From: Trichoplax sp. H2
Taxonomy: Eukaryota
Assembly: GCA_003344405.1 (NCBI GenBank)
Contig: NOWV01000251.1
Span: 62,001 to 89,972, forward strand
Reading direction: 5' to 3'
DNA length: 27,972 nt
Shown: piece by piece, positions 1 to 13,700 of the stretch
Layout of the letters: every line of letters starts with the position of its first letter
How positions within the stretch are numbered: the stretch's first letter is position 1
Notes under the pieces: generated by a model
Seen by the model: only the letters and a program-made list of their open reading frames with translations
What the model was told of the DNA's origin: nothing
Database searches by the model: none
Translations under genes and position numbers: made by a program

Positions 1-3000
1 CCATTTTTTTTTAATATTTACATAGTAATTTTTTTCTACTACTGTATAAATAACTTATTTCACAGATTCTTGAAGGTGCAATGCTTTGTATCAATTGCTC
101 GATGGCAAAAGGGTTTAAGTTTTATGAGTTACTATCAATTTTTAGCTCTTTTCTGTACCTGATCAGGAAATTTTATCTCACTCCACGAGTTATTATGTAT
201 TTAAATAGTTGCTGTATATCACTACTTAAAATTGTTTTACTGTTATTTTAAAATTATCTTATCTCATACATTTCTGCTGAAAGGTCTGCACATTAAACTT
301 ATGAATAATTAACTAAGCTGACAATCATAATTATACTGCCTGATTCTTATAATGTTTAATACTAACCGTTATCCAATAGCAAATTTAAATTAATGTTTTT
401 ATCAGAGTAATTCCAAGAGGATGTAGAATTTTCGAATAAATACATTTGATGGAAAGGCTTTTCAAATTCTTTTGATGTTGCTGTTAAAGATCATAAACAA
501 TTTTAAGATTTAATATTCTTAATTCCAATCTAACTATGAATATTTCAAGAAATAAAACTTAACATTATCGCAATTAACTAATTTAATTGTCATATTTTAC
601 GTGATGGCCTATAAACCTAAATTGATTGATCGCTGCTGATTAATCTATATAGAGTTAAGTTTTAGAAATAAATTTCCACTTAGTAATAAAGTGGCTTTAA
701 ATCAAACCAAACAATTTGTTGACAGATCCAATGCTGGCTTAGATTTTATTGCCTATTTAGAGTTATAAGCTGAATTTTTTAACATAAGGTTAAACGGAAA
801 ATATTACTGAAAGTGCTTACAACTCCAGGAATGCTTTATTTAAGTATTCATTCTTCAGATAGCCCTATTTCGAAATCTGAATCAACTTAACTCTATGTGA
901 TCCTATAAAATATTTCGCATCGCTTGGAAAGAAACTATGACAAACTAAAACGTATCAATTATAAAAGAAATAAATTACCCTTATTCTACATGAAGATCAA
1001 AGCCGAGAATTCATTGTCACCTCCAAAAAAGATTAATGCAATTTATAAACAAGTTGATTATCCAATTATTTATGTATGTGCATCAATATTTTTGAGGCAT
1101 TCTCTTTTCAAAGATGTAAAAATAAATAGAAAAATAAAAACAGTACTGTCTTAAACTCTCAATTTTAATTAAGGCCTCTATCTAATAAATTAAATAAAGA
1201 GATAAATACCTTAACGGTCCTACTAGATAAAAGAATTTCTATGTTAAAATATGGACCATACATAATTGTATTTTTATCCTTGAGGAAGATATTTTGCTAA
1301 AACTATAGGTTAGTAATGTGGTCGAATGTTTCGAAAAAGTAATTTTTAAGCAAAATTAAATTACAATAACTTATTAAATAAGTAGTTTTCGATTGTGCTA
1401 CTACGCTAAAAATTGTTTGAAAGACAGAATATATAGTGTATGGGAAAGTTCTCATTGCTTTATTTACTTACTTAAGAAAAGTGTCTCTTTAACGACAAAT
1501 GAACAAACACTCCTATGTTGCAATCTTATTTTCGTTCCTGTCTGTACGCAAATATCAAAACTCATCTAAAAAAATCTATAAAATAACAAGATTCAGCCCA
1601 GATACTGTCGAAAACGTAATGGCTTTCGTAATTTATGGACTCTTTCTATACTATTTGAGTGATTAAATGACCAGAACTGGCGGGCTTGAGGTTATTTTGA
1701 CAATCGAGTTCTCTATTCTTTGAATTGTAGCTTAATTCCAAGAAATCTAGTACAGTATTCTATTTAACGAACGATCTAATTGAAATTCAGTGATTATTTA
1801 CGTCTATCCTTGATATTCTCACAACTTTAAAGCTACAACCTCATATTAATAGAATATAATTACTGATGCATTTATGTTAATTTACGAAAATGATAATAAT
1901 AGGCAAACATCGACTGCATTGTTTCTAGGATGTAATCAATTCGCTAATATGTTATTACTGCATTTAGAAAATATTGAACTGTTAATTAATTCATAGTTAT
2001 ATAACCATCAACAATCCACATTAGCGAAAATATTTACGCCAAAATTGAAAAATGCGAATTTAGCAACATATCATTTAGAAATCATCACCATAGGACATGT
2101 GGAATAAACCGGAAAACTAATTTAATGAATATGAAGCTCTAAGGTACGGACGGTAGCTATGGTGCGACTATATATAGAAGTTGCGTAATCTTGGTATAAA
2201 GCTTTGCTACAAAAGAAATTGTATTATAGTTTCCGTGAAAATACTAATACGGAAAATATTGCATAGCACTGTAAGTATTCTCACGAGGAGCAAGATTACG
2301 ATTATTTATTAATTATTCCGTAAACAATTATAATAAATCGACTACTGCGACATGCTAATTATTAAAATTGAGTAAAATTATGTTCTTTTCATAATAGTAA
2401 TAATAGTGCTTTGTTCTTTCTATCTATTTTGATAGAGCCAGCGATAGGAACGTTAAAATGAAATTAATTAGGTTTGTTAAACCTGTTAATTAATCCGAGC
2501 CTAGTTTTACTTATCAAGGCAGAAATATCGTACCAATGGCAGAGTAATCAATTGCGATCTAGTCGAGATATACAGCTGGTGATAAGATATGATTTTATAG
2601 CTGAATCGATACGAGATCGATTTTAGGATAATGAAGGATAATAAGTAAGTGAACGTTGAATTGCAGATATTTTCAGAAGAAAAATGATTATTTTCCAATT
2701 CTCGATATTTAAAACGAAATGATTTAATAGATTTATTATATCCTATAGTAGTTGCTTAACTTGTTGTCATTTTATTCCATCTAATTGGAACGTTTAGCAA
2801 CCTAATAAGTAGTATCAAAATAAGAAATCGTATCAGATCCGTTAATTGATTTACCGCTTATAATATGTGAGAAAATGTAGAAAAAATAAAGTCTAGTTCT
2901 TAAAAAATAATAAATCTACTCGCTCTAAATGAGATGAGTTACCATTAGTAATTAAAATTATATTTAAGTAATAATAATTAACTTTCAGTAATATAGGGAA

Positions 3001-3114
3001 ATAACTGTCTATTACATATGACTGTAGGAGATAGAAATGAATCCAACAAATTATGAAAGCTAGATGATTAAAATATAGTATTTTTAAATATAGAATTAAA
3101 TAATATTATTTACC

Positions 3115-3364
3115 GCGCTAAAAACTTAGGCGTAAATTTAAGTACACTCAGCATCTCCCGAAATTTTGTATTATCCACCTTAGGCGAATATTTATAAGCA
3201 CATGTACCGGTATGCTAATTCAGTATTGTAGAGTATAGCAATTTTGTTTAGTGCGTCAGAAACTTAAGCGTTAATTTAAATACACTCAATATCTCCCGAG
3301 ATTTCATATTTCCCATCGCAGACAGACATTTACAAGCCCATCTACCATTATTTCAGTATAGAAA
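3115..3364. repeat. Degenerate tandem duplication, two units of about 110-118 bp, period about 138 bp
   Basis: 3115 gcgctaaaaacttaggcgtaaatttaagtacactcagcatctcccgaaatttt... aligns with 3253 gcgtcagaaacttaagcgttaatttaaatacactcaatatctcccgagatttc...; similarity runs to the ttcagtat at the end of each unit. Confidence 0.8.
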
Positions 3365-6300
3365 GAAGTTAAATATAATACTTTTAATTTTCGGCACAAA
3401 CTTTTCCTACAAATTATCATCAAATTAAACAATCCATATTGTAGGGTATGATAATTTGTTTATTTTCATCAATACGAGGAATTACTCATTTTTGTAGACT
3501 AGTAAGCGTTGAGAGAATTGTAGTTAGGCATTTTAGTCAATTTGGAAAGAACCACAATGTAGAAATATCAAAATATTTTACCTAAGGAATCAAAATATGC
3601 ATTAAACTTGATAGATGTAAGTAAAGATACCATTAAAACCTATTTTTTATTTCCAAAATCAATAGTAATTACGTTTGTTACCATTACTGTTAGCAATACC
3701 CCACAACATAAACCTAAATTAGGTTCTTAGAGCTTATGCTGAATTTATCTATATTTTTGCTTTACATTCTAAAATTTGACTATTAGTAAGAAATATAATG
3801 CTAGAAATTTATTTAATAGCAATGTTAAAATGAATATAGCTTGGGGTAGACATACAAGTATCTATAAACTTTACTGCACTACATTGAACGAAGTGCAGAA
3901 AGAGAATTTTTATTCTATATCTCATAATTTTTACCAAAATCGACTTTACATCAAATCCAGCTTTCAATTTAGTCTACATATATTTAATTTCATTAAGTAT
4001 TTTTAAGCATTAATCTTAGGAATTGAAATGATATTAGGTACCTATTACGTGTTTCAATCACTAGGAAAATAGTACTAGTCATTAACGAGCAAAATTACAA
4101 CAACATCTGATGCAATTTTTCCGTGTGGCGTACCTATCTTGCATAAAGAACTAAGGCTAAATCTTGATTCATCGCTTTCTTATCACATTATTGGACAATC
4201 GTTATCATTCTATACCATTAAACCCCTATTCTGATGCAATACTAGATACCAGATGTAGAAAGACTATATTAAATCTCAGTTTCTGTCTAGTATACAATAT
4301 ACTAATCAAGCAAGATCGATTCAATTTACTTTAAGATAGAAGATCGGCTTGATTTTATTTCTCTTGTCAAAGAAAGTGGCACCGCATTGTGTGGTAATAG
4401 ACCTTAAGTGACTGCCGACCAGTTTTCTTATTTTATTGAAAGTAAACTCAAAGCAATTTAACATCCTACCAATACAACCTTATGTTTAAAAGTAAATGAA
4501 AATAAAGCTAATAGTAATCTGAATCTGTATTCCTAATTTTAGATGTCGCGGATAGAAATGCCATGATATCGCATTTTCAAATTGACTAACAAAGATTTTC
4601 AGTATATTAACAAATTTTGTCTATTAAACATTGATAACAGAATATAATTTACTGAAATTTGTTTCTTAAAAGTAATATAAGAATTTTCGCTAAGCCAAGT
4701 CATTGAGATTAATAGCGATCCCTAATCACTCTTAATGCATCTTCAAGAAGTAATTAGAATTTTAATGTACTATTTGCTAGTGTGTTGCCTAGTGTCTATC
4801 GGTACACGTGCATAACTACTAATAGATGATGTAATGAAATCCTACTTTTCATCAATATTTTAGCTCCATTAGTGAATAAGCATTGAAGAGTTATATTTTA
4901 AATACTGTCAAATTTTCAGCAGCTAGAAGATATATCTATTACATTAGAAAAATTTAGCTTGCTTTGAATAAAATATTCATTTGTTTACTGTAAAAGCAGG
5001 TAAATCTCATCAATACAAAAAAATATCGTATACGGCTTGCTCAATACAGGGTATAAGTGATTTAAGAATGGATCAAGCTTTCTTCATGTTATTCATATTA
5101 TGCCTTATAACAGAACTTACGAGTCAAAAATTCTGATTTGGAAATCAAGAAAGTAGAAAAGCCAAGGATGAGCAATTTTAGCCACATTTTGATTACAGGA
5201 AAGTGTCAATAAGTCGCATTAGCTGTTCTCTTCGATAGCTACTAGGATGTTGTTGCAAGAATGAACTAACAAGACTGAAGTGTTGTTGTGATTGGCTACA
5301 GTCGACTATTATCGCGATAATTGATTCCTTCTCTGTTTTTCATTTATAGTTGATCACTATAATTAATGTTGGACTGTAAAAGAATTATTTTTTTATGGGC
5401 ACACCTCAAATTTTCATTTTCACTGGAATCTCTTACAATGATCATGATTACGTAGTAGAATTTATGACAACATACTTCCTCTTGCTTATAGGGTTAAGTA
5501 ATTGACAATTGTTTGTACCCAAATAAATTAAAATTAACTTACAAGTAAAACTAACATCCATTCTAAATCTTAAACTTTATCATGGTAGTAAAGATTGTAA
5601 TATATAATGCAATCTGGTTATGATATCAAGGCAGGTGTTCGTCATAACTGTTTGATTGCACATTTAATACCAAAATATTAGCATGGACCAATCGTTAATG
5701 GATTCATTCAATCAGTTGTCCAATGTGAAAGTATCACTTTTATTGTCCGATGTAATTAATTGAAATATAGACATTTCTAATTCATTAATGATATGAAAGC
5801 TTTCCTTTAATAATAAATCAGCTGCATAAATTGAAATTTCTTTCTGATAGCTCATCCATCTGTTAGGTTGGTTAGGTAGTATTTATAAGTTGATACTTTC
5901 CGTTTTATTGATGCTTTATTAAATAGTACACAACGGTGTAGCAATTTTCTACTCAATCACTTATTTGTCCTCATCGGATATTGTAGTCTATTCTTCTGAT
6001 TTAATCGATATTGTTTACTTGGACTGAGAAATATATAAGATATTTTGATTATTCTAACCCTATTGAATGAACAAGATTTTCGGAGCACGAAATCAAGCTA
6101 TTAGCAAATCAAACTCATTTATTTTAATTAGGTAGAAAAATTCACTGAATAGATGAGTACGGATGTCCCAAACAGTCTAAGCCATCATTTCGTTGATTGA
6201 TCTAGTCTATAAGTTCATTGAGAGATCACTGATCGACAACTGACTGAAATATACAAATAATCATAGGAAACTAAAATATTCAAATGGTTGCCCAAACATC

Positions 6301-6948
6301 CACTTAGAAATTTTCCAGAGCAACAGCGATATCCGTAACATTCATACTTATCACTTGTGATCTGATGATGTTATATCGCTGCCCTACTAAGTCGTAGGAG
6401 CGCCTCAGTAAAATGTATACCCTAATTGATCGAGGTATTACACTATCATTTTATAGAATCATCCCTATAGTAGTCTAGATCAGAGCAATAGAGACAAGCC
6501 AGCGGTACTTTATCAAGCTATTGTACTGTCTACTTCATGCCTATACGAGATAGAATTTCTAACATCAAAGTCATTATCCTGAGTAGCGCGATATAGCCGC
6601 GTATACCGTAACTAATTCTATTGTACAAGAATCGGTATTCCCTATCGCTTCATGTAAGGTCAGAGTTAAACTAGAATATTTAAAATCTTACGAAAAATTA
6701 AAACCTCATTACAAATCGCTATAAGTATTAGGGATATCCACAGGCTCTAAATCAAGAATAAGTTCATCTGAGCTAAAATGAAAGTTGTTGCGGTGGATTG
6801 CATTCTCTTCAATCCTACTGTTGTTATGGTGATGAATCGAAACCGATAAAGCAAGCAATCTCTATCGACTTTTAGCTGCCTAGTCTAGTCGTAGTTAATA
6901 GCGACTGTACTAGCAGAGCACAGAGGCAACATCGACCCACAATCCTCT

Positions 6949-7308
6949 TCACAAGCAATACATGGAGTACATACAGTAAGTAAACTCATAGCAAGAAGTC
7001 TCGACTAGTTTTGCACTCGATTCCATTCTCATTTCGTGCCCATTCCTATTAGCTGAAAGTTTTGCCCAGTAGAAGCAATCATCCTTCATTCCGTTTGTCT
7101 GTCCGTACAGTGGCTTCCTCGGATTGGCCGGTGCCATACTCAAGTCGAGTAATGGTCTGAAGCGCTTGCGTAGATCGACTGTCAGCTGTCCAGAACATCG
7201 ATGCAATGCTAATACTGTATTAAAGAGGATTCGATCGGTGCTAATTTTTAGACGCATTAATTTGCTTTCTTTTCGTCTTGCTATATCATCCTTGTCATCG
7301 GACTCCAT
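6949..7308 (-). CDS. Probable coding exon of an unidentified gene divergent from WDR19; weak FGF/beta-trefoil-like motifs
   Basis: ATG-initiated 119-codon ORF, visibly more GC-rich than the flanks, ATG about 460 bp from the WDR19 ATG. Candidate donor t|gtatgt near 6975. Possible terminal exon near 6768-6710 (YELILDLEPVDIPNTYSDL*), not secure. Confidence 0.55.
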   Translation of the reverse strand: MESDDKDDIARRKESKLMRLKISTDRILFNTVLALHRCSGQLTVDLRKRFRPLLDLSMAPANPRKPLYGQTNGMKDDCFYWAKLSANRNGHEMRMESSAKLVETSCYEFTYCMYSMYCL

Positions 7309-7768
7309 GCAATAGTATTACTAGGATATAGTCTCAATCAAGGCAACCGACGTCGTGCCCTGATAGTTCTGTTTGGGCTCGTCTCCAAGTTGAGTTCAAG
7401 AAACAGTCCTTAGAGAGTCATTATTCCATTACGCTATGTACTGTTTGGAACACCGCTTAACGCAAAGAAGAATGACTGCTTACTGCTGTTGATCACCTTT
7501 CACTATGACTTCAATTCCATAGAGGAAATAAGTCTGTCCAAATTTTATATACCACTATATAGGGTTAGGACTGGCGTTGAAGTGAGTCTACTGGTCTCGC
7601 GGTTACAGTACTTTTCACTGCAGCTACAGTAGTATGCACTCTATTCCACGATGGAAACATTCCGACTAACAAAAACAAAACGCTAATGAACTTCTCGCCA
7701 TTTCATTGGCTGCTGGACCGTTATAACGGACTTGACTAGAGATAGCGACGAGAGGAAGGAGAAACAAA
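7309..7768. promoter_or_regulatory. Putative bidirectional promoter with a reverse CCAAT (NF-Y) box
   Basis: Lies between two divergent ATGs. tcattggct at 7703-7711 reads AGCCAATGA on the minus strand, about 60 bp upstream of the WDR19 ATG. X-box half-site atggaaac at 7651-7658. Confidence 0.45.
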
Positions 7769-10700
7769 ATGAAGGTGAGAGAGATATACAGGCAATCGCA
7801 TGAAATTGGATGGGAATAGTTTGAATGTTTTATTGCCAAGGCGATCGATGTTGATCGCTAGTGGCTGACTATGTCTTCTTCGTCTTGTTGATGCTATTTT
7901 AGAAAGTCTTTACCTTAAGTTCGAAAAGCCAAACGGCCAGTGGTACTACTAAAATTGCATGGCAACCTCAACAGGGAAATTACCTAGCAACGTGCAAGTA
8001 AGTCTATACTAATCTTCACTTTGAGGCGCTTGTATACAATCGATGAATGAAAACCTTCAGTAAGCTTGCTCATCGATGGTTCCATGTCGATTTCGTAACG
8101 ATGTTGGCGCTTGATCAGCGAATTATCACAGTATTGGTTTATTGATAAGCCAATGGGAATAGTTACCTATATTAACTTGATCGCCTGTCATTGAGAATTA
8201 CAAATATTCTGTCATCAGTATTGAAAATGTTTATGAAGAGTAGAAGACGAATAAATTTGTCGAGGATCAATCCGTCATAATGGAGAACTTTATGGATGAC
8301 TACTAAGTTCTGTTTCTTATTTATTTAGCACAACAGTCCATTCTGTTGATATTTATGATCGTCATGGAGAAGTGAAAGAAGAAGTCAGTTTACCCGGGTT
8401 AGTGAGCGATTTTATCCATTGCCAACCCATGTCTATCTCGTCAATGATTATTGATTTAACCTCCGATTGAGTTGATCATGAACCAATGTTATTATTGTAG
8501 TGCTTGTGCTGGTATATCGTGGGATAAAGATGGCGATAATTTGGCTATCATACAAGATAAATCGGGTAAGAATATTATTTTATGTTACGAAATGACCATG
8601 GATTATCTTTTAAGTGATTTTCTGAGTAAATAAGAGAGGATAATAATAATACTGTTAGAGGTGAGAAATAATCATGTCTATCGATACTATCTTCAGCGAT
8701 TTATTCCAACGACACCTATTTGATCTACTAGCTCGTTTACGTTATGAACGTGATCAATATAAAACTAATCGCTGATTAGCTTCACTATTTCAACTTTAAT
8801 ATACTACATACATAGACATGATGTCGTATTAAAGTGATTGAGACTTATTAAATTATTTTGTTCGGATATTATGGTCACAATGATATATTTGGATTATACG
8901 GGGAGAATAGAAAAACACGAATAACCCTTTATTAATGTAGAGATGTAAATTAGAATATTTCTTTTCTCATCAATTGTAGGAGTTATTTTCTTATGGGATG
9001 CAAATTCGCGTAAAATCAGTAAAGTTGACAGCGGTTTAAAGTAAGTTTCAAATTTTTCTCATCGATTGATTACAATCTACCGAAAGGCACAATTTATTTC
9101 TAATTTCGTTAGTTTACAAACTTTGAATTGAATTTTAACACAGCCAAGATCCAACAAAGTGTTATAAATGATTCTATAAATCATTTATCAATTCATTTCT
9201 GAGCACAATTTATTTATCCATACTAGTAGCGATATTTCAACTATAAACAGCTTTATAGTAAAAGCTTGCACTGTGTCGGTAAATTGCTACTAAACTGGCA
9301 AAAATATCGTGTAAAAAAAATGTGCTATCAGATTTGCTAAACGATATTGTTGACACATTATTGCTACAATTATATAGCACATGTTGAATACTAGATACTA
9401 TTTTAATTTTAAAGCTAGCTATCTGCCTAGCAAGTGCAATAAAACATTCTGTCAATTACTACTTTAGGGACTCATTAACTTTTGTTTCCTGGTCTTCCGT
9501 AGCGGATTCCCTAGCTATTGGAACTAATAAGGGCAATTTATTAATTTATAATCATCAAACATCAAGGTTCTTAAAGTTGTAGCATACAACATTATGATAC
9601 CAACTAACGAGCTAGCATAGGATATTCTGTAATGATGATTGCATGTCTTTCTCTAGGAAAATTCCAATCCTGGGAAAGCATTCTAAAAAGATTACATGTG
9701 GTGCTTGGAATTCAAATGTAATCAATCACTACATACTATGAACTGAGATATATTGTAGCATGATAATGTTAGCTATGAATTAAGATTTAACAATTAAGAC
9801 TAACTATTTCGTTTTCAGAATCTTATCGCCCTAGGCTCCGAAGATAAGACTATCACTATCAGCAATGTTGACGGAGATACAATTCGACAGGTAATCTATA
9901 ACCTAAATTACTACCAAGGTTGATGAGCAATCCAAAGCTTATCATGCAATCCTAATTTTGTTTATGTCAGCCTGCAATTCGAGGGGAGCCATCAAATATA
10001 CAATTTTCGACAATGAAAACAGATGAAAGGAAAAGTAACACCGAGGAAACTACGGTAACAAACTTTAATGTTAACATCCTCACATAATCACATGTGGCTG
10101 GTTCTAATTATTACCTATCGTATGATTTTTTACTATCAAACAGGTTAGTGTCATCATTGCTAAAAAGACACTATTTCTGTTCAATATTGATGATCCAGAT
10201 AATCCCATTGAGTTGGCTTTTCAGGTATAACAATAGCTTATAATTTAAAGTGGAAGTGAATACTATTACTTGCTCTAAAATTAATCCTTGTGACTCTTGT
10301 ATCTATATTTGCATTTAAAGCCGAGATACGGAAACATTGTCTCCTATCGATGGTAAGTCTGCTAATATTCGGGCTTTTACTGTAGTTAATATCTTTAACA
10401 ATATCTATATAACTCTAAAAGGTATGGTGATGGCTACATTATGATTGGGTTCTCAAATGGCTACCTTGTGGTTATTTCTACCCATATGAAGGAAATTGGA
10501 CAGGTTTTCAAATAGTTTGAGATTTAGAGATGAAAAGTTCAATAAATTAAATTTCAATGTAGAACAATTAAAATAATTCTCCTGATATTGAAGGAATTAT
10601 TTCAAACCCGAGATTTTAAAGATTATCTTGGCTCAGTTAGTATCTCATTTTCTCTTGGTAAAGCAGCCTCATGCGGTGATTCCAGGTGAAAATTAATGCT

Positions 10701-13700
10701 AGTTTTCTGACTTCAATGATCACAACCACATTAAAACAAGTTAAATTTTATTACATTTACAAATTTCTAAAAGACATGCGTCTCAATTATTCTACCGATC
10801 TTTATCTTTCTACATAGTGTTAAAATTCACGATATATCTGACTTGAAGGAAATTTACGGAGTCATTTCTCTTGAAGATGAAAAAGGTAAAATATTTCTAC
10901 TAAGGGTATTTTTGAGTTTCATAAATAATATAAAATGGAACACCATAATATAATTAATTATCTCGCCGCACTATTTACGTAAAAGCTTATCACTTTTATT
11001 CTTCTAGATAACTTGATGAAATTAGAATGGACCGATGATGGCCAATTGCTTGCCATAGCTACACAAAAGGGTCTACCGAGATTTATGATAACAATGCTAA
11101 ATAATTTAGTCAAAGTGAGAAAATAACTGTAAATATAATTTCGCAATTTCAGGTAATGTTCATGTTCACCTAACAAGACTTCCGGTACTTGGCTGTGGTT
11201 ATGAGATGCGTCTAGCTTATTTAACATCGCTATTAGAAGTAACAGTGCTACCTAATTTTCATGAGGTAATCTATAATTATCGTTCGATATGTATATGATA
11301 GTCCTACTTGTTTCAATGGAATTATGGGTATACATGCCCAAATTCATCTATTTTCAGTAACGTCAATTCTCTATAATTATGATAATTTACAGGAAGAAAA
11401 CTCTTTAAAAATCGATATTGAAGTCGAGCCTTCCTTTATAGCCTTGGGTCCATACCATTTAGCTGTTGGTATGAATAATCGAGTCTGGTTTTACTATTTC
11501 GAAGAGTCTGGTCCCCAAAAACTTAATGAGAAAGATTATTTGGGTACAGTCAGTACTATTCGCCTTAATTCTGATTATGCTGCTGCCATGCTTAAAAACA
11601 AAATTCAACTACATTTGGTAATGTAATAGCTAAACAATTTTTGAATTACTGTAATCAGTAATTAAAATTGCTACATAAATAACCCTCTAAAATACCTTTA
11701 CCAATGTCGAAACAGATTGAAACAGATGAAAGTGGTTTAGGGCATGACCGAGAGACTAAACTTTTCCCTGAGGAAGATGATAAAACTGTCATCACATGCT
11801 ATGATTTAACAAAAAATTTTCTTATCTATGGCAGTGATGTAAGTAGATAACAACCCATTTCAGCTGTCTATTAGACTTTTCGTTCTGTAATCAATTTTAG
11901 ATATTTTAGAACCTATCAGCTATAATAAACTGCTGCAGCATTAATTACGTTAATTCAATATAGCATATAATTATATCTGGTATTTATTACTTTGACTATT
12001 AATCTGATCCCGTAATCAAACGTCTCAATTTCATGTCATACTGTTATTAACATAATTGCTAGGGCTATTTCAGTCTTCACTTTAAATTAAAGTGTCCAGA
12101 TAGTTTTTCAACGATAAAATATTAACAATTTGTTAAGCAATTTAATGAGATTACCTTGTTCTGTCGTTAATTAGTAGACATGATTCTAACTTACAAGTCT
12201 AAGTAATTTCTTTCATAGATAGCAAAACGAATCAGCCTCTTGTATTGTTAAATTATTAAGAATTTCGGTTCATAATCCAATCACAGTAGATTTTTAAAAT
12301 CATCTCGTTATCTGCAACCAATATGACCTAGTAATTTCTGCATATAATATCAAATTATTTCTAACTTCACCTTTAGGCTGGTAATATTCAATACTTTTAT
12401 ATCGAAGATTGGAAATTTGTTAACGAATATCGCCATGGAATCGGTAATATTAGAATAGAATAGACTAAAAACTGAGTATTCAAATCGTATACTAGACTTT
12501 CTTTGCTTTATTTATTAATAGGCATACGCAAAGTTTGCTGTAATCCATCAGAAACCATACTTATTTATATTGATGATAAGAATGATGGCTTTATTTATAA
12601 TCCGGTGAGAATGAATATGATTTAGTTATATTATATATTTTGAGTCATATTTTATTTTCGATTTATCATTTTTCTTACTCTATTAATATTAAATCATTAC
12701 AGATCAATGACGCAACAGTCGATATCCCAGATTTCTCTCCAACCGTTAAAGGCGTACTCTGGGAAAGCTGGCCCAGCGATAAAGTAATATTTATTATTCT
12801 GAACTTTTTACTATTCTACCAACGGTTGCAGAAGCTTACAATAATAAATCTAATTTGAAATGGCTGTACTTAGGGAGTGTTTTGCACCTACGACGATCAA
12901 AACGTGTATACTTATATTTATTGGAGCGACAGTATCTTTGGTAAGATTTGCCAATTAAACATTTAAAGCAAGCTCTTTATGTTTTATAAACTCAATTTAG
13001 ACTTTTAAATCGTCTAAATTGTAATTGGCTTTAAATAAAACTATGATAGGCCCTGAATGTAAATTAATTGGCAAAACCAAGCTACCATTCAATCAGGTGC
13101 CATTTCTTTTGTATGATGGGGAAGTAATATGCCAAACACAGAATGGCAAGGTACATTTTTTAGAACGATTATTCATTGTTTATTTCATTCATTTTTAATC
13201 GATATTTATTTAAAACCTACAGACAGCCAGGGTGGTTTTGACTACCCATAGCCGATTCAGTAGATTGGATGAACTAGTGGAAGAAGAAGTATGTTGATAT
13301 AGCTTCATTTTGTTGTTTATTGTAACTAGTAGAAGATTAGTTTTAACACTAATTTTTAACTCGTTATGTTAGTTAAGAATTGCCCTTACCCAATGCCTCT
13401 CTCTTAGACGGTAAGTCCATTCGACTTTTAGCTCGATAGAATTTAGATTGAGCTAAACTTGACGACCAAGCATTGAATATATAGTTTCAAAGATGCTTGG
13501 AATATTGCTACCCAGCTAAGTCAGAAACAGTTCTGGATAGAAATTGGTAAAGCAGCGCTTCAGAATTTAGAAATTGAGGAAGGTACATCTACAGTGCTAT
13601 TCTAGAATTCACTGCACCATACCGAAATCGAAAGCTTTATGATCTCTATTAATGCCGATCTTTACTATATCTATATCAACGTTTCTTCACTCTAGCTGTA

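Noticed and set aside
66..162. Possible plus-strand exon after the acceptor-like ttatttcacag
   Set aside because: No frame gives a recognisable peptide and there is no partner exon in the window.
2507..2698. Peptide LYISTRSQLITLPL resembling the end of a Sema domain
   Set aside because: Too short, and no other semaphorin or plexin exons nearby.
924..4006. ORFs 924-1154 and 3776-4006
   Set aside because: Non-ATG starts, AT-rich low-information translations; chance ORFs.
7124..7315. Plus-strand 63-aa ORF
   Set aside because: Antisense shadow of the longer ATG-initiated minus-strand ORF.
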